Part shown: in pieces, positions 56,546 to 64,000 of the stretch
Layout: every line of letters starts with the position of its first letter
Numbering within the stretch: the first letter of the stretch is position 1
From: Bacteroidota bacterium
GTDB taxonomy: Bacteria > Bacteroidota > Bacteroidia > M30B66
Direction of reading: 5' to 3'
Assembly: GCA_027490225.1 (NCBI GenBank)
Contig: JAIXYK010000031.1
Location: 19,354 to 83,353 of the forward strand
DNA: 64,000 nucleotides
Made by a program: the position numbers and the translations under genes
Notes under the pieces: generated by a model
The model's input: only the letters and a program-made list of their open reading frames with translations
What the model was told of the DNA's origin: nothing
The model's database searches: none

Positions 56546-57459
56546 TTCTTTACATTTTCAAAATAAAAGGCTAATCTGTATAAATCAAAAATAAATAAAC
56601 TGAAATTATCACCCAATAATTTTGATTTCCATTTTTTTTTATTGGATGAAAAATAGAGAGAAGCAAAGGTTTTAATAATTGGCTTGCTTAATAATTCCGC
56701 CAGATTGGTAAGTTTGCTTTTTACTGGAAATTCAATTTTTTTATGGATGCAAATATTTTTAAGGCGAATAAGATTTAAAATTGATTCTTCAATTTTATTT
56801 AAAAAATCGCTATTTATTTCTAAACCATCATGTATTACAGGATTGTTGATATGCTGAATACTAAATCCCGCATTCACTATTTCAGAAGCCCAAAAAGTAT
56901 CTTCATAACCATAGCCATTCAACTCTTCATTAAATGGAATTTGAAGTAATATGTCTTTATGAGCTACAAAATTATTACTCAAGAAGTGTTGAACTGGTTG
57001 CTGCATTCTTTGGCTTACATCTATTAACTCGCGCTTTGAAGCCCAGGTCCAATGTAGTCTTAATGATATATTATTGGGAATTTTTTTTTGATAAATTCTT
57101 CCTCCACTAACAACGGTGTTTTCTTTTAAATGTTGAAGAAATGTTTTAACAAGATGTTTGTTTTCCCCAACCTTCCCATCACAATCTAAAAACCAACAAT
57201 AATTAAATGTTGATTTAGTAACTAAATAATTCCTAATTGCTGATCTTCCTTTATTCGTGGTTAAAGCTTCATATTTTATTGTTGAATTTGCATTTTCTTC
57301 AATAAATTTTCTGTTAATAGCTTCCAATTGCAGGTTGGAAGAGCTATCGTCTACACAAATAATTTCATACGCTAATTTTAATTCCTCACATTGAAAAGTT
57401 ATTTCTTTTACTAATTCCCTTATATCATAATTGTATACTGGAATACAAATAGAAATCAT
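56539..57459 (-). CDS. Glycosyltransferase family 2
   Basis: SICIPVYN, VDDSS, N.GRS.IRN, FLDCD, GYGYED. Confidence 0.9.
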   Translation of the reverse strand: MISICIPVYNYDIRELVKEITFQCEELKLAYEIICVDDSSSNLQLEAINRKFIEENANSTIKYEALTTNKGRSAIRNYLVTKSTFNYCWFLDCDGKVGENKHLVKTFLQHLKENTVVSGGRIYQKKIPNNISLRLHWTWASKRELIDVSQRMQQPVQHFLSNNFVAHKDILLQIPFNEELNGYGYEDTFWASEIVNAGFSIQHINNPVIHDGLEINSDFLNKIEESILNLIRLKNICIHKKIEFPVKSKLTNLAELLSKPIIKTFASLYFSSNKKKWKSKLLGDNFSLFIFDLYRLAFYFENVKKW

Positions 57460-57460
57460 G

Positions 57461-58141
57461 TTATAATAAATTTGAATCTATGATTGTGCCTCCATCGCAT
57501 TTTAAGGTGCGCGCTCGGTGCAATTCAAATAAAGTTAAATCATGGGTTGCTACAATTATGCTACGACCAGTTGCTGCAATATCTAGTAATAACTGAAGTA
57601 TTTCTCCAGTAGTTTCTGGGTCAAGATTTCCGGAAGGTTCATCAGCAAGTATCACTTCTGGGTCATTAATTAAAGCTCTGGCAATGCACAATCTTTGTTG
57701 TTCTCCTCCAGATAATTGGTGAGGCATTTTGTGTTTTTTAGTTTGAAGACCAACTTTTGTTAAAACATCATTCAACCTTTGTTCAAATTCCGCACCTGAT
57801 TTCCAACCGGTTGATTTTAGTACAAATTTTAAATTATCTTCAACAGTTCTGTCATACAACAATTGAAAATCCTGAAAAATAATGCCCAATTTTCTTCTTA
57901 ATAAAGGTATTTCCTTAGATTTTATTTTTTTTAAATCGAAACCTGCAATTTCGCCTTCTCCATTTTTCAGCGGTAAATCTGCATATAGCGTTTTTAACAA
58001 ACTGCTTTTACCACTTCCAGTTTTTCCAATTAAATAAACAAATTCACCTTTTTCAATTTCAAGATTAATATCACTTAAAACAAGATTGTCGTTTTGAAAA
58101 ATTGAAATTGATTTTAATGAAATAGTTGTGTCTAGGCCCAT
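57461..58141 (-). CDS. ftsE: Cell division ABC ATPase FtsE
   Basis: GKTGSGKS, LRRKLG.IFQDFQLL.DR, LSGGEQQR, ADEP.GNLD, ATH. Confidence 0.85.
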   Translation of the reverse strand: MGLDTTISLKSISIFQNDNLVLSDINLEIEKGEFVYLIGKTGSGKSSLLKTLYADLPLKNGEGEIAGFDLKKIKSKEIPLLRRKLGIIFQDFQLLYDRTVEDNLKFVLKSTGWKSGAEFEQRLNDVLTKVGLQTKKHKMPHQLSGGEQQRLCIARALINDPEVILADEPSGNLDPETTGEILQLLLDIAATGRSIIVATHDLTLFELHRARTLKCDGGTIIDSNLL

Positions 58142-58145
58142 ACTT

Positions 58146-58343
58146 TTAGATTTTTAATATTTTGCCAAAAGGCATTTCTTCAATGAGCTTTAATAATTCA
58201 TCTTTTCTATCTCCTAAGCCAATTTTATCTAGGGTTTTCTCTGGTCTGTCGACTCTAAAATATGCTTTCAAAGTAAAGTTATCATCTCGTATTTGAATGT
58301 AATCTGGAATCTTTGCTTTACCTTTTATTTTTAAAATATGCAT
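58146..58343 (-). CDS. Small hypothetical protein, recalled as conserved in Bacteroidota
   Basis: IKGKAKIPDYIQIRD..F.L.AYFR.DRP motif; 4 nt upstream of ftsE, co-oriented. Confidence 0.75.
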   Translation of the reverse strand: MHILKIKGKAKIPDYIQIRDDNFTLKAYFRVDRPEKTLDKIGLGDRKDELLKLIEEMPFGKILKI

Positions 58344-58380
58344 GCAATTTTACTTTGGCACGAAGATATAAAATCCAACT

Positions 58381-59418
58381 TTATAAATGCTTGTTTATTA
58401 ATTGTTCAACTTTCAAAGAAAAAGCATCAATATCTTGCTGAGTGGTGTCCCAACTGCACATTAATCTTACTTCGTTTGTAAATTCATTCCATACATAAAA
58501 TGGAAATTCTTCTTGTAACAATGGAATTATTTGTGGTGGAAAAATTGCAAAAATAGCGTTCACTTCAACAGGCTGTGTGATGATAATTTCCTTAAATTTT
58601 AACAATGATTTTTCTAAAGCTTTCGCCATTCTATTTGAATGAACGGCCATATTTAGCCATAAATCATCTTTAAAGAAAGCTGAAAATTGTGCAGAAATAA
58701 ACCTCATTTTAGAGGCCAATTGTGCATTTTGCTTTCTTTGATACATGGTAGATTTTGCTAAATCAGGATTTAAAAAAATAACCGCTTCACCCATCATCAT
58801 TCCATTTTTTGTTCCTCCAAAACTCATCACATCAATACCAGCCTCTTTTGTGAATTCAATTGGAGATTTCCCTAAAGCAGCTGCAGCATTTGATACACGT
58901 GCCCCATCCATGTGAACATAGAGATTTTCTTCTTTCGCAATATTAGTTATTGCCTTTATTTCTTCAATAGAATATATTGTTCCATATTCAGTGGATTGTG
59001 TAATTGAAATTAGTTTTGGTTGCACATGATGTTCAACGCCTCTTCCAATTAATAATGGTTTAATTTGATTCGCATTTATTTTGCCATTTATAGATGGAAT
59101 TGTAATTAATTTTGATTGTAAAAATCTTTCAGGTGCGCCAGCTTCATCTGTATGAATATGCGCAACATCACTGCAAATTATTGCTTCATAAGATCTTAAA
59201 CATCCTTGCAGCCCAATTACATTCGCACCTGTTCCTGAAAAAACAAAGAATACTTCTGCTTGATTACCGAAAATTTGTTTGATATCAGAAATTGCTTTCT
59301 CAGTTATATGATCATGTCCATAACCCTTAACATGTCCATGGTTTACTTCAACAATTGCATCCATTATTTGTGGATGAATACCCGAACAATTGTCGGAAGC
59401 AAAAAATCTACTATTCAT
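58381..59418 (-). CDS. ltaE: Low-specificity L-threonine aldolase (PLP)
   Basis: FASDN, GTGAN, H...DE.GAPE, HMDGAR..NA, SFGGTKNG. Confidence 0.92.
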   Translation of the reverse strand: MNSRFFASDNCSGIHPQIMDAIVEVNHGHVKGYGHDHITEKAISDIKQIFGNQAEVFFVFSGTGANVIGLQGCLRSYEAIICSDVAHIHTDEAGAPERFLQSKLITIPSINGKINANQIKPLLIGRGVEHHVQPKLISITQSTEYGTIYSIEEIKAITNIAKEENLYVHMDGARVSNAAAALGKSPIEFTKEAGIDVMSFGGTKNGMMMGEAVIFLNPDLAKSTMYQRKQNAQLASKMRFISAQFSAFFKDDLWLNMAVHSNRMAKALEKSLLKFKEIIITQPVEVNAIFAIFPPQIIPLLQEEFPFYVWNEFTNEVRLMCSWDTTQQDIDAFSLKVEQLINKHL

Positions 59419-59420
59419 AA

Positions 59421-60023
59421 TTAAAATTTAATATTCATTCCTAATTGACCTTTGCTAATAAAAAACAAGTTCATAGTTTCTTTAAGTCTACTTGAATTTG
59501 AAGTCTCAATTAAGTAAAAACTTAAGTCGAACAAAAACAGAAAAGTTCCTTGCAAAATTAAACTTCTTCCTATTCCTCTGAACCTGTTAAATTCTTTAAT
59601 GTATTCGAAGTTTCTAGCTCGTTCTAGCAGCCAAAGTCCCCCAAAAATATATGAAACATCTAAACCTGAATTAAATAAAAGCGATTTTTCTAATTTTATT
59701 TGTTTTTGAAGCACATCCATTGCCGTTAATCCGGGCTCTTCTTTGCGTGTATTTAAATATCCCAATGTTGATATACTTAGGTTAAAAACATTCCAAGCAA
59801 CATTCATTTGATTGAAATACTCGTCTTCTCCTTGAGCATTACTTTTTAAGGCCAAACCAGTTACAATATTTGCAACTGACCAACCTGCAAGCACCTGCAT
59901 TCCTGTTTTTTGTCGATGTATTCTATCAATGTCGTAAAAATAAAAAGTACTGTCCATTTGACCATGCAAATGAAAAGAAAGAAAAACCAGAAATAAAATT
60001 GAATAACGAATTTTACTTTTCAT
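59421..60023 (-). CDS. Hypothetical protein (DUF6992-like)
   Basis: GM.VL.GW..ANI, YF.QMN..WN..NL, FN.GLDV.Y, G.G.SLILQG.FL..FD. Confidence 0.6.
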   Translation of the reverse strand: MKSKIRYSILFLVFLSFHLHGQMDSTFYFYDIDRIHRQKTGMQVLAGWSVANIVTGLALKSNAQGEDEYFNQMNVAWNVFNLSISTLGYLNTRKEEPGLTAMDVLQKQIKLEKSLLFNSGLDVSYIFGGLWLLERARNFEYIKEFNRFRGIGRSLILQGTFLFLFDLSFYLIETSNSSRLKETMNLFFISKGQLGMNIKF

Positions 60024-60117
60024 TTATTTATAACAACCTATTTTAATATTCAATCGAATTATTATTTAAGGTTGATTTGAATGATTTAATTTAATTATAA
60101 TTTAAAAGATAATAAAC

Positions 60118-61230
60118 TTACCTTTTTGAGTCAGCATATGTGTAGATTTCTAATCTTGCAGGGCAATCACCTTCTGAAAAAGAACAGATATACGTATACA
60201 TATGATTATAAACTCTCTTTTCGCTATAAGGCGAAACTTCTAATGCATCAATTGACCAATAAGTTGTTTCAATATAAGGATCGCCTTCTGCAGGTCTGTA
60301 TACGTATCTTTTAACTCCGTCAGGTAGTCTGTCTACTAATTTTTCAGTAACGTAAATTTTCGCATACCAAGCCTTACCTGAGTAGATATTGAAACTTTGC
60401 ATTCTATCATATAAACCTGCAATACTTAACAAAGGAAGTATGGTGAAAAACGCTAAAGTTACCTGGTGATAATAGAACTTTTTAGACCAAAATAAATTTT
60501 TAACCTCAAATTTTGTATTGTAGAATAATATAAAACTAAAAAATGCCATTGCTATATTGTAGGGAAGAATAACATGATTCCAGTCATTTCCCATTGGGCT
60601 CAATGCGTAAAAAAGAAATAGTTGTATTGCAATAGCGACGTAAACGGCAATGTTTCTGGATTTTTCAAAAAGGAGTGCTATTCCTGTTAAGATATTCAAT
60701 GCTGCAAAAACAAATCCACTTTCTAATATGTAAGGCTCCATTTTAGCTGGAAATTTGTCGGCTAAAGGCAAAGCCATCCAAGGGAAAATTGAATCTGTAA
60801 ATACAGTATTAAACTCTTGAAAACCGCTCCATATAAAAAACGTGACAATAATTAATCGGAATACATTTAATAATTCTTCTGTATTTGATGGGTAAAATAA
60901 TAATCCAAATACCATCAGTAAATATTGAACATTATAAGGCTGCCAGCGCATTTGGTCGCCCACCATTAAAAATGAGAATAAAGCAATAAGGGCAATTTTT
61001 GTATTTTTATTTTCAAGATAAATTACTTGATAAATTGCAAGGACTATTAAAATACTGTAAAATATATAATCGATAGGGGAGGGAATATTCGGTATTCCTT
61101 CAAATAATGGAATTACAGGAAAATTCCTGTCCGTCATCCAAACTTTAGTCGAAAGTAGCCATGTGCTTAATGTTGCCAGTAATAAAACCCTGAAAGTCCA
61201 TTGTATGCGTGAAAGCGAATTCTCAATCAT
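60118..61230 (-). CDS. Polytopic membrane protein, HTTM/DoxX-like
   Basis: About 8 TM helices, DQ.RWQP, RL...F.WSG.Q.FN, G..WN..I.P.N, soluble C-terminal domain (SF.IYSG, PY.E.RVY). Confidence 0.55.
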   Translation of the reverse strand: MIENSLSRIQWTFRVLLLATLSTWLLSTKVWMTDRNFPVIPLFEGIPNIPSPIDYIFYSILIVLAIYQVIYLENKNTKIALIALFSFLMVGDQMRWQPYNVQYLLMVFGLLFYPSNTEELLNVFRLIIVTFFIWSGFQEFNTVFTDSIFPWMALPLADKFPAKMEPYILESGFVFAALNILTGIALLFEKSRNIAVYVAIAIQLFLFYALSPMGNDWNHVILPYNIAMAFFSFILFYNTKFEVKNLFWSKKFYYHQVTLAFFTILPLLSIAGLYDRMQSFNIYSGKAWYAKIYVTEKLVDRLPDGVKRYVYRPAEGDPYIETTYWSIDALEVSPYSEKRVYNHMYTYICSFSEGDCPARLEIYTYADSKR

Positions 61231-61323
61231 CTATCTCTAAAATGTGCCACAAATTTAGTATTCTGATTGGTTTTTCCAAGTGTTATGATACTTCTATATT
61301 CACAATAATTTATAATTTTGAAA

Positions 61324-61965
61324 ATGCGAATTTTAATAGTTGCTGCAACACTAAAAGAAGTTGCTTTTTTAGAAACAGCCGCCCAAAAAGGCAGATTCAA
61401 AAACGATGTTTTATTTTGTATTACAGGAGTAGGCCTTGTTCCTACTGTGTTTACACTCACTAAATATTTGTCGAATGATAACAAATTTGATTTGATATTA
61501 AATCTTGGAATTGCTGGTACAACCAATAGAAAACTTTCTATTGGTGATGTTTTAGAGGTAGAAAGTGATAGTTTTTATGATTGGGGAGCAGAAGATAATG
61601 CTAACTTTATTTCAGTTTTCGATTTAGGGCTACTTAATAAAAATGACTTTCCATTTGTAAACGGAAAGTTATTCTCAACATTTAAATCTGCATTTCCATT
61701 AAGAAAAGTTAATTCAATTACAGTTCAATTGGTGCATGGTAATTCAATGAGTATTGACAAATTGTTAGCTAGGGAAGGGACTACAGCTTTAGAATCGATG
61801 GAGGGAGCAGCAGTTTTTTATGTTTCTAGTCAATATAAATTGCCTGTGATGCAAATACGATCAATTTCAAATTATGTTGAACCAAGAAATAGGAGTAATT
61901 GGAATATTGAACTGGCCATAAACAATTTAAATACATCTGTTCTTAATTTCTTGGATTCGATATAA
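61324..61965 (+). CDS. mqnB: Futalosine hydrolase (menaquinone futalosine pathway)
   Basis: ILIVAAT..E, TGVG, NLGIAG, ESMEGAA, IRSISNYVE.RNR..W; start ATG 61324. Confidence 0.85.
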   Translation: MRILIVAATLKEVAFLETAAQKGRFKNDVLFCITGVGLVPTVFTLTKYLSNDNKFDLILNLGIAGTTNRKLSIGDVLEVESDSFYDWGAEDNANFISVFDLGLLNKNDFPFVNGKLFSTFKSAFPLRKVNSITVQLVHGNSMSIDKLLAREGTTALESMEGAAVFYVSSQYKLPVMQIRSISNYVEPRNRSNWNIELAINNLNTSVLNFLDSI

Positions 61966-62038
61966 TTGAGGCAACTTAATTTAAACCATATTTCTACATT
62001 AACTCAAGTATCTTTGCGCTTGAAACTATTTGTAAAAA

Positions 62039-62686
62039 ATGAAAGAAGCCAGCAATTTGATATTTAATTATTTTCCAGACCTTACTGATAGCCAGCAAAA
62101 ACAAATTATTCAATTATATGATTTATATGTTGAATGGAATGCTCAGATAAATGTAATTTCACGAAAAGACATAGATGAACTTTACTTCAAACATGTTTTG
62201 CATAGTCTGGCAATAGCAAGATTCACAAGTTTCAAACCTGGGGCCCGAATACTCGATGTTGGAACTGGTGGCGGTTTTCCTGGAATTCCATTGGCTATTT
62301 ATTTTCCTGAAACAGAATTCGTTTTAGTAGATTCGATAGCAAAAAAAATTAAAGTGGTTGATGCAATTAGCGAAGGAATTGGAATGAAGAATGTAAAGAC
62401 TCAAATTGGCAGAGCAGAAAAAGTAGAGGGTAAATTTGATTTTATTGTTTCAAGAGCTGTGGCTCCTGTTCAAGAAATAATTCAATGGACGGAAAACAAA
62501 CTATCTAAAAACAATAATCATAATATAGTTAATGGCTGGATATTTTTAAAAGGTGGTGATTTAATTGAAGAAGCAAGTGTTACAAAAAAGAAATTTCAAA
62601 TTCTACCACTCCAAACTTGGTTCGATGAAGAATTCTTTTTAACAAAGAGAATTGTCTATGTTATGAATAAGAAAATATCTGCTTAA
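62039..62686 (+). CDS. rsmG: 16S rRNA m7G527 methyltransferase
   Basis: WN..INVISRKD, H.LHSL, DVGTGGGFPG, SRAV, LKGG. Confidence 0.96.
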   Translation: MKEASNLIFNYFPDLTDSQQKQIIQLYDLYVEWNAQINVISRKDIDELYFKHVLHSLAIARFTSFKPGARILDVGTGGGFPGIPLAIYFPETEFVLVDSIAKKIKVVDAISEGIGMKNVKTQIGRAEKVEGKFDFIVSRAVAPVQEIIQWTENKLSKNNNHNIVNGWIFLKGGDLIEEASVTKKKFQILPLQTWFDEEFFLTKRIVYVMNKKISA

Positions 62687-62699
62687 AAAAACTAATTCT

Positions 62700-63758
62700 T
62701 TAGTTCACTGATTTTGCATTGTATTGGGGCTGCATATTTTCATCAGAAAACTCATGCAAAAATTTCATTGACTCGTTTACCATACTTTCAGAACCAACAT
62801 ATAATGGTACTCTTTGATGAATGTCTAATGGTTTTATTTCAAGTATATCTTTATAACCATCCGTCGCTTTTCCACCTGCTTGTTCGGCAATCATAGCCAT
62901 TGGGTTGGCTTCATAAATCAATCTTAATTTTCCTTTTGGCGAATTTAATGTTGTAGGATAAATATAAATTCCACCTTTAATTAAATTTCTGTGAAAATCA
63001 CTTACTAAAGAACCGATATATCTTAACGTGTAGGGTTTGTTATTGGCTTTGTCATCAGCCTGGCAATTTTTTATATATTTTTTTATGCCCTCAGGAAAAT
63101 GAATAAAATTACCTTGATTAACAGAATAAATATTCCCTTTTTTAGGAATTCGCATTTCGGGGTGTGATAGACAAAATTCTCCAATAGAAGGATCTAAAGT
63201 AAAACCATTTACACCATTACCTGTAGTATAAACAAGCATTGTAGAAGAACCATAAACGATATACCCGGCGGCAACCTGATCTGAACCGTGTTGAAGAAAA
63301 TCTTCAACTGTAGCTGGACCGTTTTTAGTTTTTCTTCTGTAAATTGAGAAAATAGTTCCAACAGAGACATTTACATCAATGTTAGAAGATCCATCTAGCG
63401 GATCCATACAAACTACATATTTTCCATTGACCGTAGAATGATTATCAAATAGAATAATGTCATCATTTTCTTCCGAAGCAACTCCTGCGCATTCTCCCCC
63501 AGAAGCCAATGCTGCTAGAAATTGCTCATTTGCAAAAACGTCTAACTTTTTTTGTGATTCACCCTGTATGTTATCAGTTCCAGCTTCACCAAGGATATTT
63601 ACTAATCCTGCTTTATTTACTTCTCTATTTACAATTTTAGCTGCAATACTAATATCACTTAATAAGCTAGACAATTCTCCTTTAGCATAGGGGAAATCTG
63701 CTTGTCTTTCGATAATAAATTCTCCAAGTGTTACTAAATTGCGGCTCGGGCGATACAT
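62700..63758 (-). CDS. fbp: Fructose-1,6-bisphosphatase class 1
   Basis: [32 protein letters not shown]. Confidence 0.97.
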   Translation of the reverse strand: MYRPSRNLVTLGEFIIERQADFPYAKGELSSLLSDISIAAKIVNREVNKAGLVNILGEAGTDNIQGESQKKLDVFANEQFLAALASGGECAGVASEENDDIILFDNHSTVNGKYVVCMDPLDGSSNIDVNVSVGTIFSIYRRKTKNGPATVEDFLQHGSDQVAAGYIVYGSSTMLVYTTGNGVNGFTLDPSIGEFCLSHPEMRIPKKGNIYSVNQGNFIHFPEGIKKYIKNCQADDKANNKPYTLRYIGSLVSDFHRNLIKGGIYIYPTTLNSPKGKLRLIYEANPMAMIAEQAGGKATDGYKDILEIKPLDIHQRVPLYVGSESMVNESMKFLHEFSDENMQPQYNAKSVN

Positions 63759-63837
63759 AGAAAAATATTATGGGTTGTGGCAAAGGTAAAAAAATACCAC
63801 TGTGTTACTTATTTTTACATGCTATTTTAAGAAAATG

Positions 63838-63999
63838 TTAATTATTTGAACGGATTTTAGGAATGAAAACACCAATTCCAAATCCTAAAGCTCTTACTTG
63901 TTGCATAAATGTTACTTGTCCTGAGTTACTTGCACTAAAGAAAGTCACTTTCGCTGTGTTGAAATTGAGCTTGAAGAAAAAGCGCTCCTTGTAAATCAG
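63838..63999 (-). CDS. 3' end of a gene continuing beyond the window (beta-strand-like C-terminus)
   Basis: Open frame LIYKERFFFKLNFNTAKVTFF...ALGFGIGVFIPKIRSNN*. Confidence 0.45.
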   Translation of the reverse strand: MIYKERFFFKLNFNTAKVTFFSASNSGQVTFMQQVRALGFGIGVFIPKIRSNN

Positions 64000-64000
64000 A

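Noticed and set aside
58146-58343. Fructose-6-phosphate aldolase label sometimes attached to this small family
   Set aside because: 65 aa cannot form a transaldolase TIM barrel; left as hypothetical.
61209-61526. Short ORFs overlapping the mqnB/HTTM-like divergent region
   Set aside because: They overlap better-supported genes and show no recognisable motifs.

Overview
AT-rich chromosomal window from a Bacteroidota bacterium. The assignment rests on TAnnTTTG -7 promoter boxes, four T9SS C-terminal sorting domains and Bacteroidota-type gene neighbourhoods. Most genes are housekeeping: uvrC, dxr, holA, AMP nucleosidase, lptC, coaX, tRNA-Phe(GAA), mnmE, a RecQ-family helicase, GH57, psd, ftsE, ltaE, mqnB, rsmG and fbp. 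A block of T9SS-secreted cargo comprises a 1990-aa S8 protease with five 213-bp repeats, a propeller-like protein, a PQQ/GSDH dehydrogenase and a ~5.9-kaa (17.9 kb) surface protein. I saw no integrase, transposase, phage gene, CRISPR array or defence operon. The most unusual signals are non-coding. (i) Three dispersed, sequence-divergent GC-rich elements (7866-8003 +, 11277-11462 -, 44419-44512 +) share one secondary structure with compensatory base changes in two helices and resemble the Flavo-1 RNA motif. (ii) Three polar arrays of strictly phased G-NNN-AAA heptamers (627-731, 44093-44239, 52779-52876) share a head unit and unit vocabulary. One array and one structured element sit together upstream of the giant gene. 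Other oddities are two divergent genes whose ATGs overlap in a CATG palindrome, a self-nested Cys-rich lipoprotein and several probably leaderless transcripts. Family assignments come from motif recognition, not database searches.
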